Under the pieces are notes generated by a model that was not told the DNA's origin, searched no databases, and saw only the letters and a program-made list of their open reading frames with translations. 64,000 bases of DNA from Candidatus Omnitrophota bacterium (GTDB lineage: Bacteria > Omnitrophota > Gorgyraeia > JABMRG01), in NCBI GenBank assembly GCA_043823785.1, contig JBDRAM010000042.1, positions 1,563 through 65,562 of the forward strand, read 5' to 3'. Position 1 is the first letter of the stretch; every line of letters starts with the position of its first letter. This document shows positions 48,219 through 57,467 of the stretch, in pieces. The position numbers were made by a program, and so were the translations under genes.

Positions 48219-48617
48219 ATGAGTAAAAGCAAAGGAGTAAAGATTCTTCTTGTTGATGACGAGCCTGATTTTACACAGCCTATAGAATTTTGGCTTAAAT
48301 CAAAAGGTTATACTGTATTGATAGCGCGGGAAGGAAAAAGCGCTTTAGAGATCATCAAAGCGGACTCCCCGGATATGGTTTTCCTTGACCTTAAGATGCC
48401 TGTCATGGATGGGATAGAGACACTGCGAAATATAAGAAAATTCAATACTGACCTGCCTGTTATTATTATAACGGTTGAATACGCAAACGATAAAAAATTT
48501 GAAGAGGCAAATAAATTGGGAAGTTCAGGGTTCTTCCCGAAAAAAGGAAGCTTTGAAGAGCTGGAAAGCATAATAGGAGTTACTTTAAGAACTCATAAGA
48601 CCTTAAAAGATAAATAA
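48219..48617 (+). CDS. Response regulator, receiver domain only
   Basis: KILLVDDEPDF...VFLDLKMPVMDG. 132 aa. Confidence 0.8.
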   Translation: MSKSKGVKILLVDDEPDFTQPIEFWLKSKGYTVLIAREGKSALEIIKADSPDMVFLDLKMPVMDGIETLRNIRKFNTDLPVIIITVEYANDKKFEEANKLGSSGFFPKKGSFEELESIIGVTLRTHKTLKDK

Positions 48618-48620
48618 TTC

Positions 48621-48670
48621 ATCCCCACACCAACTTCAATTCTGGAAGTTGGTGTAAAGTTGGTGTGGGG
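48621..48670 (+). promoter_or_regulatory. Alternative-hairpin leader immediately upstream of the giant coiled-coil gene RBS
   Basis: Left arm tccccacaccaactt can pair with either of two tandem agttggtgt(gggg) segments (48648-56 and 48658-70). AAGGAGG follows at 48674. Confidence 0.45.
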
Positions 48671-48688
48671 ATAAAGGAGGATAATTCC

Positions 48689-51600
48689 GTGCCCATAATG
48701 CGACCAACAATTAAGGTAAGGTTATGCATGGTTGCAGTTTTCACTATAACGGCTTTTTTACTTGCGGTACTTAGCTCTATCTCTACGGTGAGCGCACAAA
48801 CACCAAGAGAAGGCTCTGTTATCTACGCAAGCAATAAAGCAGGTTTTATTTTTATAAATTTGGGAAAAAACAATATTAATATCGGAGACCTGGTAGAGGT
48901 CTATAGAGACTCTTTACATGTTGGGACTTTTTCTGTCAAATCCGTAATGAAGAATATGTCAGAAGCCTGGGCCATAGATGAGAATAAGGATGTGCTGGTG
49001 AAGATAGGCGATAAGGCTATAATACCGGGCAGAAGCCAAGACGCTATTATGGGTTCCGGCCAGGAAGATTACGAATCGACACAGGAGGAGGAAGAGGCTG
49101 AATTCGAAGAGGAGCATATAGAATCAGCGCCCAAAGAATCTACGCTAACCTATACTAAGGCAGAGGCGGCGCTTTCTTCCAGCTATGCAGCAGATGCTAT
49201 GCAGAAGGATTACGATAATTTACAATATGAGGTCGATGCGTTAAAAGAAAAAATAACTTATTTACAAGGTGAGAACCAGGATATTAAAGGTACAGGCGCT
49301 ATATTAAAAGAAGAGATAGCACTTTTAAAGAAAGAGAAGTCTTCCCTTTCTTCACAGCTTGTTTCCGCCAAGCAGGCCTCGGAAAAGGCAGATGTTCGGA
49401 AAAGCACAGAAGCAACTTTAAGGCAAGAGCTCGACCGCCTCAGTAGTGAAAATAGCTCTATTAAAAAGGAAAAAGAAAGCTTAGAAGAAGAGATAGCCTT
49501 TTTAGAAGATGAGAAGTCTTCACTTGCTTCGAAGCTTGCTTCCGCGGAAGAGTCCAGCGAAGGCCTTGAGGATTTTAAAGATACAGAAGAGAGCCTGAAG
49601 GAAGAGGTGGAATATTTAAAAGATGAAAATGAAGACTTAAAAGATGTAGAAGGGTCACTGAGAGAAGAGATAGAATATCTTAATAAGGAAAAAACCTCTC
49701 TCACATCAGAGCTAACCCTGCTTAAAAAATCTTCTAAAGGCCAGGAGCAGTTAAAGGGCGCGGAAGAGAGCTTGAAGAAAGAGATAGAATATTTAAAAGA
49801 TGAAAATGAAGATCTTAAAGACGCTGAATCTGGTTTTAAGGATGAGATAAGAGATCTGAAAACTAAAAATCAGGAGTTAGAAGATGCGGAGGCTTTGTTG
49901 AGGCAAAAGCTTGCTTCCGGACTTGAAAGCGGAGCAGAGGATGATCTAAAGAACGAGATAGCTTCCCTTGAAGATGAGGCAGCGTCATTAGAGAATGAGA
50001 AGTCATCCCTCCTATCCAAGGTAGATAGTTTAGAAGATTCAAAAGACGAAGTAGAATCTAAGCTTAAGGATGAGATAGCCTCGTTAAAGGAGGCAGAGTC
50101 TGAATTAAAGAATAGAATAAATTTATTGACAGGCACTAAGAGTGAATCGGAAAAAGCCTTAAACACAAAGATAGCCTCTCTGGAAGACGAGCTAGTATCG
50201 TTAGGAGATGAGAAATCATCTCTTCTTTCCAAAATAGATAACTTAGAAGATTCAAAAGACGAAGTAGAATCTAAGCTAAGAGATGAAGCCAATACGTTAA
50301 AAGAAGAGGCAGCCTTATTGAAAAAGGCAGAGTCTGAATTAAAGAATAGAATAAATTCATTGACAGGCACCAATGCCCAGGCGGAAAAAGAGTTAAACGC
50401 AAAGATAGCTTCCCTTGAAAATGTGGCAGCGTCATTAGGGAATGAGAAGTCATCCCTCCTATCCAAGGTAGATAGCTTAGAAGATTCAAAAGACAAAGTA
50501 GAATCTAAGCTTAAGGATGAGATATATGTATTGAAAGAAGCAGAGACTGCCCTAAGGAAAGAGATAGCTTCTTTGACTGAGGATAAAGGCAGCACAGAAT
50601 CTCAGCTGCGTGCCAAGATAGCATCGCTGGAAGATTATATTTATGATTCGAATAAGAAGAATAACTCCTTAAGCGCGAAAATAGCATCGTTAGAGGAATC
50701 CGCGAAGACGATAGAGTCTAGGCTTAATGATGAGATTACTTCATTGGCAGGTTCCGAGATAGACCTAAAGTCTAAGATAAGTTCATTAACCAAAAGCAGA
50801 GATGATATAGAATCTGTTCTGACGGGCAAGGTAAAAACACTTGAAGAAGAGAGCCTCCTTCTAAAGCAGGAAAAGGCATCCCTGAATACGCGTATGCTTT
50901 CTTTAAAAGATTCAGGCGCAGAAGTAGAATCCAAGCTAAAGGATGAGATATCTTCTCTGAATGATGATAAGGGAAAGCTGCAGGATGATTTAACATCAAA
51001 GATAACTTTATTTGAAGAAGAGGCCTCTGCCTTAGATAAAGAGAGATCTTCTTTGAAGTCAAAAGTAGCTTTATTGGAAGAAGCGAAAAGTAAAACAGAG
51101 TCAATGCTGAAGGAAGATATAGTATCTCTGACCAAGATAAGTAACCAGACAGAAAAAGAATTGAGCGAGAAAATATTAACTTTAGAGGGCAAGCTGTCTT
51201 CTTTGGCTAAAGAAAACTTGTCACTTTCCTTAAAAGTTTCGTTACTTGAAAAATCAAAAAAAGACGCGGAAGAAAAATTAAAATCCGAAACAACAGCATC
51301 AAAAGAAACAGAAGCGGAATTAAGAAATAATTTAAGCCTTACAGCCAAGGCCAAGGCAAAGGCAGAAGAAAGCCTGAGCAAGGCCATAAATTCGCTGGAA
51401 AAGGAGATCTTGGCCTTAAAAAATGAGAATATATCTCTTGCAAAGCAGATGGCTTCTATGGGTGACGCTAAAAAGGAGACAGAGTATGAGTTGGGAGAGA
51501 AGATAAAGTCTCTTGCAATGTCCAATGTTGATATAAAATCCGATCTTATGAAGAATATAGAGTCTCTTGAAAAGGAGAAATACTCATTAATTACACAGCT

Positions 51601-54600
51601 GGCTTCGTTAGATGATTCCAAGAAGAAGACAGAGGCATTACTGAAGTCTGAAATAGATTCCTTAATAAATACAGATACTGATTTAAGGTCTAAGGTAGCT
51701 TTTCTGGAAGTAAAAAATAAAGATATGGAGGGGGAGGCCGCGGGCAAGATATCTAAATTGAAGGAGGAAAACGCTCTTTTAATTTCAAAGATCAGTTTAA
51801 TGGAGAATGCGAACAAAAAGACCCAAGCCCAGCTTGGGGAGAAGATAGATTCTCTAATAGACGCCGAGACAAAATTAAAAAATAACATAGCTGTCTTAGA
51901 AGATTCTAAGAAAAAGAGCGAGGCATCGCTTAGCGAAACAATAGTCGTATTAAGAGATGAAAAGAATTCCTTAAGCGCCGAACTGGTTTCCCTGAAAGAC
52001 TCAAAAGAAAAGACAGAGGCCAAACTTTCAAAAGATATAGCGTTGCTTATAGACGCAGAGACTGATTCAAAATATAAACTCGCTTCCCTATCCGATACCG
52101 CGGCTAAAAAAGAACAGGAATTAAGAGGCAGGATAAAGGAATCAGAGGATAAGGTTTCCCAGCTTAATAAGGAGAATTCCTATCTTACAACAACACTTAA
52201 TTCTCTTAAAGGGTCGGAGAGTAAGCAGAAGTCAGAGATCGACTTATTGATTAAATCAAAAAAAGAGCTTGCCTCGGATCTTAGCAATAAGATGGCGCTG
52301 CTTGAGGGTAAGATCTCCGCACTGAATAAAGAGAACGCCCTGCTGAATTCTAACCTTGTTTCCCTCACCGATTCCAAGAATGAGACAGAGGCTAAAATGA
52401 AGCAGCAGGCTGCTTCTTTGCTGGATGCTAAGAATAGTATCGAGTCAGAGCTAAGTGAAAAGATTGATACTCTTGAAAAGGAATCGTCCTCGGTAAACGC
52501 GCAGCTTAAAGCCCTGGAAAACTCAAAAAAATACATAGAAACCAAACTTAAAGACGAGATAACCCTTTTAATAAATTCAAAGAAAGAAATCGAATTCGCG
52601 TTGAATAAAAAAATAGAAGCTTTTAATAATAAGGTTACCTCCTTGGGGGAAACGAATAAATCGCTGTCTACTCAGATAAGATCGCTGGAGGAGTCGAGCA
52701 ATGTCATGGTTGAGAATCTAAGAGGCCAGATAGCAGCTTTAACAAAGGCCAGAGATGATGTCGAGTCGCAACTTAGCGGAAAGATAAAGGCCTTGGAGCA
52801 GGAGAGAGCATCGCTTGGTTCAAAACTCATCTTTCTTGAAAATACAGCCGGCAAAGTAGAGGCTAACCTGAGAAGCGAAATAGCTTTATTGACTAACGCG
52901 AAAATAGAGTCTGAAACTACTCTTAAGAAGGATTTAGATGCTGCCAAGAAGGAGAGGGACTCCCTCATATCCCAGCTGGCATCCTCAGAAGATAGAAGAA
53001 GAGACACAGAAGTACAGCTTAAGGGCGTGGTTGGCTCGCTGACATCTCAGCTTGCTTCCCTGGAAAACGCAAAGGCAGATACGGAGTCAAAATTAAAGGC
53101 TGAATTGACATCTTTAGCAAAGACAAGCAAGACAACAGAATCTGTTCTTCAGGAAAAGATAAAGTCCTTGCAGGAAGAAGCCGCAAGCCTTGTTAAAAAT
53201 AACAATCTTACATCCTCCGCGTTAGCTAAAAAGACAGAGGCGCTTAAAAGCGAAAAGGCTTCTTTATCGGCGAGGTTAGCGGAAACAGAAAAAATAAAGA
53301 ATGAGATGGCTAAAGATCTGAAATCGCAGATAGCCTTACTCGTAGAATCAAAAAACAAGACAGAATCAGCGCTTAGCGCCGAGATAAAAAAGCAAGAAGG
53401 CATTATAAGCGATCTTACTGAAAAAAACAGTACAACATCTTCTGCCTTAGCTAAAAGAATAGAGAATCTTGAGGGAGCAAATCTGGCATTGGCTAAAAAT
53501 CTGGAAGATGAAAAGAAGGCAAAGAATGATATCCAGGCCGTCCTGGAATCCCAGATAGCCTCATTGCTAAAATCGAAAAAGGAAGTCGAAACAGGTTTTA
53601 CAAATAGAATAACATCTTTGGCAGAAGAGATGACATCGATCAGCAAGGCAAAAAATAGCATCGAGTCAGAACTTGGCACCAAGATAAATTCTCTTGAAGA
53701 AGAGATATCTTTTTTGAATTCCGAGCTTACCTCCATGACCAATGAAAAAGATACCATGGAATCGAAACTTAAAAATGAGATAGCGTCCTTGGCCAGTGAT
53801 AAACATAGCAAGGAGATGGATTCCAGCAAGCAGATAAGTTTACTGGAGCAGGAAGCAGCTTCTTTAAATGCCCAGATCAGGTCTTTAGATGATTCAAAGA
53901 AGGATATGAAGGGTACATATATAGATCAGTTGGGCGAATTAAGGGATACAGAAAACAGATTAAAGCAAAGAGTATCGGTATTGGAAAACAGCGAATCTAA
54001 ATTGAAGACAGAAGTAGACTCTCTTTCCAAAGCAAAAAATGAAGCGGAAGCAGAGCTGAAGAAAAAGATAACATTATCTGATAAAGAAAAGTCATTTTTG
54101 ATATCCAAGATGAGCGGCCTGGAGGAGTCAAAAGAGGGAGAGGTTTCTAAGCTGAAGGTGGAACTCGACACCCTTAAAAAGACAAGGCTTGAAGATGAAT
54201 CAGCCCTAAAGGATAGGATAGCATATTTGGAAAAAGAGAGGTCAGAGCTCAACGCTAAGATCACGGATATGGAAAAAGAGAAGAGAGCGGATGAGATAGA
54301 GCTCAGAGACCAGATACTTTTACTTAAAGAAAAGAATGCCGAGGCCAATACGAATATCGCGTCTTTGAAAAAAGATAAGGAAGACGATATAGCGGGCCTT
54401 AGAGCCGGCATGCTCCCTCTTGAGGAGGAAAATTCTTATTTGAGAGCGCAGATAGCTGCTTTAAAAGACGCGAAAAAAGAGACAGAGGCAGAGCTTAAGT
54501 CAGAGATAGTAACATTAAGAGATTCTGAATATAGGCTTAAAGAAGAGTTATCTCTTTTGTCTAAAGAAGGTGAGGATGTAGAGTCAAACCTTTATAATAG

Positions 54601-55411
54601 GATAGCTTCATTGGAGCAAGACAAGGCTACGCTTGCTACAAAATATACCGCCATGGAGAGCGTAAGGGTAAGGCTTAAAGAACAGCTGGATGTTTTAGAT
54701 GATGAGAGAAGCATGCTTTCAGAAAAACTTAGCGGGCTTGAAGGAAGCAAGAAACAGGTCGAGGCCAAGCAGAGTGAAGAGATCAATAACCTGAAGGAGA
54801 GTGAGGCTAAGCTCATAGCGGAGAACGCGTTGCTTAGAGATTCGCTTAAAGAGGCTGAGGCTAATCAGAAAGCTTCTGAATATAAAGTCGGTTCTTTACA
54901 GCAGAAAAGCACAGACAGGGAAAAAAGTTTAGCAGATGAATTAGCCGCGCTTAAAAATGATAAAAAGAATCTGGAGAGCAGGCTAAGCATGCTTGAAAAT
55001 GATAAAGCTGAACTTAGCAAAAAAATTGAGGAAAAAATAGGAGTCGAGGCCGCATTAAGAAAAGAGCTGTCTGTTTCAGATCAAGCGCCGATTAAGGCCA
55101 TGAAAAAAGAGATAAAAGAATTGGAGCCAGAGACTCTGCAAAAAGAGCTTGCGAAAAAAATAGAAGCGAGAGATATGACGGGTATGGTCATAGGAAAAGA
55201 TGACGCTACAAGAGATATTCTTATAGATCTAGGGAATTCTAACGGAGTCTTTAAGGGCCAGATTTTCGAGGTATATCATGACAACTTAAAGGTCGGAACA
55301 TTAAGAGCAGTAAGATGTTATGATACTTTTACTAAAACAGAGACATTGTCCGCGGAAGAGTTTGACAGCATAGAGGAGCTTGATCTGGTGCGTACTTCTG
55401 CTGAAAAATGA
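48689..55411 (+). CDS. Giant secreted/periplasmic coiled-coil protein, about 2240 aa, with homologous N- and C-terminal beta-modules
   Basis: GTG start 8 nt after AAGGAGG. Signal peptide ...SISTVSA/QT. More than 1900 aa of heptad-periodic E/K/S/L-rich repeats. The roughly 99-aa units are near-identical at DNA level (for example 50030-50110, 50250-50330, 50470-50540). The terminal modules GDLVEVYRDSLHVGTFSV and GQIFEVYHDNLKVGTLRAV are related. Confidence 0.8.
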   Translation: MPIMRPTIKVRLCMVAVFTITAFLLAVLSSISTVSAQTPREGSVIYASNKAGFIFINLGKNNINIGDLVEVYRDSLHVGTFSVKSVMKNMSEAWAIDENKDVLVKIGDKAIIPGRSQDAIMGSGQEDYESTQEEEEAEFEEEHIESAPKESTLTYTKAEAALSSSYAADAMQKDYDNLQYEVDALKEKITYLQGENQDIKGTGAILKEEIALLKKEKSSLSSQLVSAKQASEKADVRKSTEATLRQELDRLSSENSSIKKEKESLEEEIAFLEDEKSSLASKLASAEESSEGLEDFKDTEESLKEEVEYLKDENEDLKDVEGSLREEIEYLNKEKTSLTSELTLLKKSSKGQEQLKGAEESLKKEIEYLKDENEDLKDAESGFKDEIRDLKTKNQELEDAEALLRQKLASGLESGAEDDLKNEIASLEDEAASLENEKSSLLSKVDSLEDSKDEVESKLKDEIASLKEAESELKNRINLLTGTKSESEKALNTKIASLEDELVSLGDEKSSLLSKIDNLEDSKDEVESKLRDEANTLKEEAALLKKAESELKNRINSLTGTNAQAEKELNAKIASLENVAASLGNEKSSLLSKVDSLEDSKDKVESKLKDEIYVLKEAETALRKEIASLTEDKGSTESQLRAKIASLEDYIYDSNKKNNSLSAKIASLEESAKTIESRLNDEITSLAGSEIDLKSKISSLTKSRDDIESVLTGKVKTLEEESLLLKQEKASLNTRMLSLKDSGAEVESKLKDEISSLNDDKGKLQDDLTSKITLFEEEASALDKERSSLKSKVALLEEAKSKTESMLKEDIVSLTKISNQTEKELSEKILTLEGKLSSLAKENLSLSLKVSLLEKSKKDAEEKLKSETTASKETEAELRNNLSLTAKAKAKAEESLSKAINSLEKEILALKNENISLAKQMASMGDAKKETEYELGEKIKSLAMSNVDIKSDLMKNIESLEKEKYSLITQLASLDDSKKKTEALLKSEIDSLINTDTDLRSKVAFLEVKNKDMEGEAAGKISKLKEENALLISKISLMENANKKTQAQLGEKIDSLIDAETKLKNNIAVLEDSKKKSEASLSETIVVLRDEKNSLSAELVSLKDSKEKTEAKLSKDIALLIDAETDSKYKLASLSDTAAKKEQELRGRIKESEDKVSQLNKENSYLTTTLNSLKGSESKQKSEIDLLIKSKKELASDLSNKMALLEGKISALNKENALLNSNLVSLTDSKNETEAKMKQQAASLLDAKNSIESELSEKIDTLEKESSSVNAQLKALENSKKYIETKLKDEITLLINSKKEIEFALNKKIEAFNNKVTSLGETNKSLSTQIRSLEESSNVMVENLRGQIAALTKARDDVESQLSGKIKALEQERASLGSKLIFLENTAGKVEANLRSEIALLTNAKIESETTLKKDLDAAKKERDSLISQLASSEDRRRDTEVQLKGVVGSLTSQLASLENAKADTESKLKAELTSLAKTSKTTESVLQEKIKSLQEEAASLVKNNNLTSSALAKKTEALKSEKASLSARLAETEKIKNEMAKDLKSQIALLVESKNKTESALSAEIKKQEGIISDLTEKNSTTSSALAKRIENLEGANLALAKNLEDEKKAKNDIQAVLESQIASLLKSKKEVETGFTNRITSLAEEMTSISKAKNSIESELGTKINSLEEEISFLNSELTSMTNEKDTMESKLKNEIASLASDKHSKEMDSSKQISLLEQEAASLNAQIRSLDDSKKDMKGTYIDQLGELRDTENRLKQRVSVLENSESKLKTEVDSLSKAKNEAEAELKKKITLSDKEKSFLISKMSGLEESKEGEVSKLKVELDTLKKTRLEDESALKDRIAYLEKERSELNAKITDMEKEKRADEIELRDQILLLKEKNAEANTNIASLKKDKEDDIAGLRAGMLPLEEENSYLRAQIAALKDAKKETEAELKSEIVTLRDSEYRLKEELSLLSKEGEDVESNLYNRIASLEQDKATLATKYTAMESVRVRLKEQLDVLDDERSMLSEKLSGLEGSKKQVEAKQSEEINNLKESEAKLIAENALLRDSLKEAEANQKASEYKVGSLQQKSTDREKSLADELAALKNDKKNLESRLSMLENDKAELSKKIEEKIGVEAALRKELSVSDQAPIKAMKKEIKELEPETLQKELAKKIEARDMTGMVIGKDDATRDILIDLGNSNGVFKGQIFEVYHDNLKVGTLRAVRCYDTFTKTETLSAEEFDSIEELDLVRTSAEK

Positions 55412-55650
55412 CGATATATTGATGTAGATTTTGTGCTCTATTAATCATCTCAATGAAGTTTTCAAGAATCAAGCCTATATAATTATGAACTTCCTTTAAG
55501 AATCCCGCCAAAAATTTTTTACAAATCAGCCCAAATTTCCTTGACAGGGTTTATATCTATGATATATATTGAAATTATGATAGATATGATAGTTACAATA
55601 GATTAAGCATTATGAGGAATAAAAAGCCGGCTAATGCGAGGAGAGTAAAT

Positions 55651-55887
55651 ATGCAAAAGGGAGAAAACAACATGATGTCTGCGAATGATATCGCGAAGAA
55701 GCATAATATCAGCTATCAGGCAGTCAACCATTATACTAATTTTGGCCTTTTGCCCGTATCTATAAAAAAAGGCAACATAAGGTTTTATGATAAGGCCATA
55801 GTTGATAAGCGCATGAGGAAGGTTAAAGAGCTTATGGAAGAGGGCTACTCTCTGGGCCTGATAAGAAGAAGATTGATAGGGATATGA
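55651..55887 (+). CDS. Small MerR/excisionase-type HTH DNA-binding protein (paralogue of 21954-22157)
   Basis: MSANDIAKKHNISYQAVNHYTNFGLLP. Start set at ATG 55651 after GAGGAGAG. Sits directly upstream of the ExeA-like/secretin operon. Confidence 0.55.
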   Translation: MQKGENNMMSANDIAKKHNISYQAVNHYTNFGLLPVSIKKGNIRFYDKAIVDKRMRKVKELMEEGYSLGLIRRRLIGI

Positions 55888-55941
55888 TGACAACAAGCTG
55901 CAAGCCGCAAGCAGCGAGTTAAAGGTTATAAAGGTAGATAT

Positions 55942-56820
55942 ATGAGTTATTATAAGATATTAGGTTTTGAAAAAGAACCATTTTCAACAAGCCCTGATCC
56001 TGAATTTTTTTACCTGTCTAAAGAACATGAGACAGCATTGACTAATATCTTGATTGAGCTCAGGCTAAAGAGAGGCCTTACCGTTATCCTGGGAGATGTA
56101 GGAACAGGCAAGACCACGCTTTCCAGAAAGCTTATACAGGAGATGAAGAGAAGAGAGGATTTTATATTTCATATAATATTGGATCCTTCTTTTGAGAGCG
56201 AAAACCTGCTTTTAAGCTCATTGGCTAAGAATTTTGCTATAGCGTTAGGAAATACGGCAGACAATCCTGTCCCGAACATACTTGATCTAAGAGACTCATT
56301 GAAAGGTTTTCTTTTCCAGAAAGGCGTAACAGAGAACAAGGCGGTAGTCCTTATTATCGATGAAGCGCAGAAGCTGAATGAGAATTCACTCGAGATATTA
56401 AGGGTCCTTCTGAATTATGAGACCAATGAGTTTAAACTTCTGCAGTTGGTCCTTTTGGGGCAGCTTGAATTACACGCGAAGATAATGAATATGCATAATT
56501 TTTTTGACAGGATAAGCTTTAAATACAGCTTGAACCCATTTGACCTGGAAGAGACCAAAGAGATGATAGAATTCCGCATAAGGCAGGCAGGCTATAGTTC
56601 GCACATGCACCTGTTTTTGAATGACGCGGTAAGGGAGATACATAATTATAGCCACGGTTATCCCAGAAAGATAACCATGCTATGCCATAGGGCTCTTAAG
56701 GAGCTTGTTATGAAGAATAGGGCTGTAGTAGACGGGGCTTCTATTCGCAAGATGATAGATGAGGAGATAAGATCGGGATGGCACAAGAGAGACCTGATAC
56801 TCCAGAAAAGCAGTTATTAA
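55942..56820 (+). CDS. ExeA/GspA/MshM-like AAA+ ATPase (secretin-assembly type, no peptidoglycan-binding domain)
   Basis: Walker A LGDVGTGKTTLSRKL. Walker B VLIIDEAQ. 292 aa. Confidence 0.7.
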   Translation: MSYYKILGFEKEPFSTSPDPEFFYLSKEHETALTNILIELRLKRGLTVILGDVGTGKTTLSRKLIQEMKRREDFIFHIILDPSFESENLLLSSLAKNFAIALGNTADNPVPNILDLRDSLKGFLFQKGVTENKAVVLIIDEAQKLNENSLEILRVLLNYETNEFKLLQLVLLGQLELHAKIMNMHNFFDRISFKYSLNPFDLEETKEMIEFRIRQAGYSSHMHLFLNDAVREIHNYSHGYPRKITMLCHRALKELVMKNRAVVDGASIRKMIDEEIRSGWHKRDLILQKSSY

Positions 56821-57467
56821 AATTAATAGAAGATCCTAAGTCTAAAACAGCTTCGAAGGCTCAGGCTGTAAAAAGGAAAGGTATAAGCCTGTTTTCTCCG
56901 GGCGCATGGCTCGGGAGGACATCTTTTTTAAAGAAAGGGCTTGGCAGCTGGCTTAAGAGTGAAGGCCTAAAGCTATTAAATGTAAAGGTATTAAATAGGA
57001 CATTAGGCCTGTGCAATTTTATGCTGATAGCCTATCTTGCTGTCAACTTTTCAAACTCTATGATAGAGTTTAAGAATAAGCCTGACCTTGGGTTGAGTGC
57101 CAAGATCGCTAAAAAATCTCCAGAAATAATAGAAGTGGCCTCGCTTCTTAAGGATGAGCCATATTATTTGAATAAAATAGGTGAAAGAAATATATTCGAG
57201 ATGGGCAAGATAGAAAGTGATGATATAATAGGTGAGCCGCAGGTGCAGCTTACTCCTACAGCATCACCTGCTATAGAAGCAACGCAGCACCTGAAACTAG
57301 TCGGCATATCGTGGTCTAATGAACCTGATGCTATGGTTGAAGATACAAGGGCGCTTAGGACATTTTTTGTAAAAAAGGGCCAACTGGTTGGTGAGGTTAG
57401 GGTTAAAGATATTCTTAGGGACAGGATTATACTGACATACCAGGGCGATGAGGTGGAATTGAGATGA
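56778..57467 (+). CDS. Bitopic membrane protein (GspB/ExeB- or MshJ-like candidate)
   Basis: Single TM (LCNFMLIAYLAVNF) after a basic N-terminus. Overlaps the ATPase stop and precedes the secretin. Assigned by position. Confidence 0.4.
   Translation: MAQERPDTPEKQLLKLIEDPKSKTASKAQAVKRKGISLFSPGAWLGRTSFLKKGLGSWLKSEGLKLLNVKVLNRTLGLCNFMLIAYLAVNFSNSMIEFKNKPDLGLSAKIAKKSPEIIEVASLLKDEPYYLNKIGERNIFEMGKIESDDIIGEPQVQLTPTASPAIEATQHLKLVGISWSNEPDAMVEDTRALRTFFVKKGQLVGEVRVKDILRDRIILTYQGDEVELR

Noticed and set aside
49258-54816. Numerous 70-460-aa minus-strand ORFs inside the giant coiled-coil gene
   Set aside because: Antisense frames of an E/K/S/L repeat region are stop-poor low-complexity Ser/Phe-rich artefacts. 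They all lie entirely within the plus-strand CDS.
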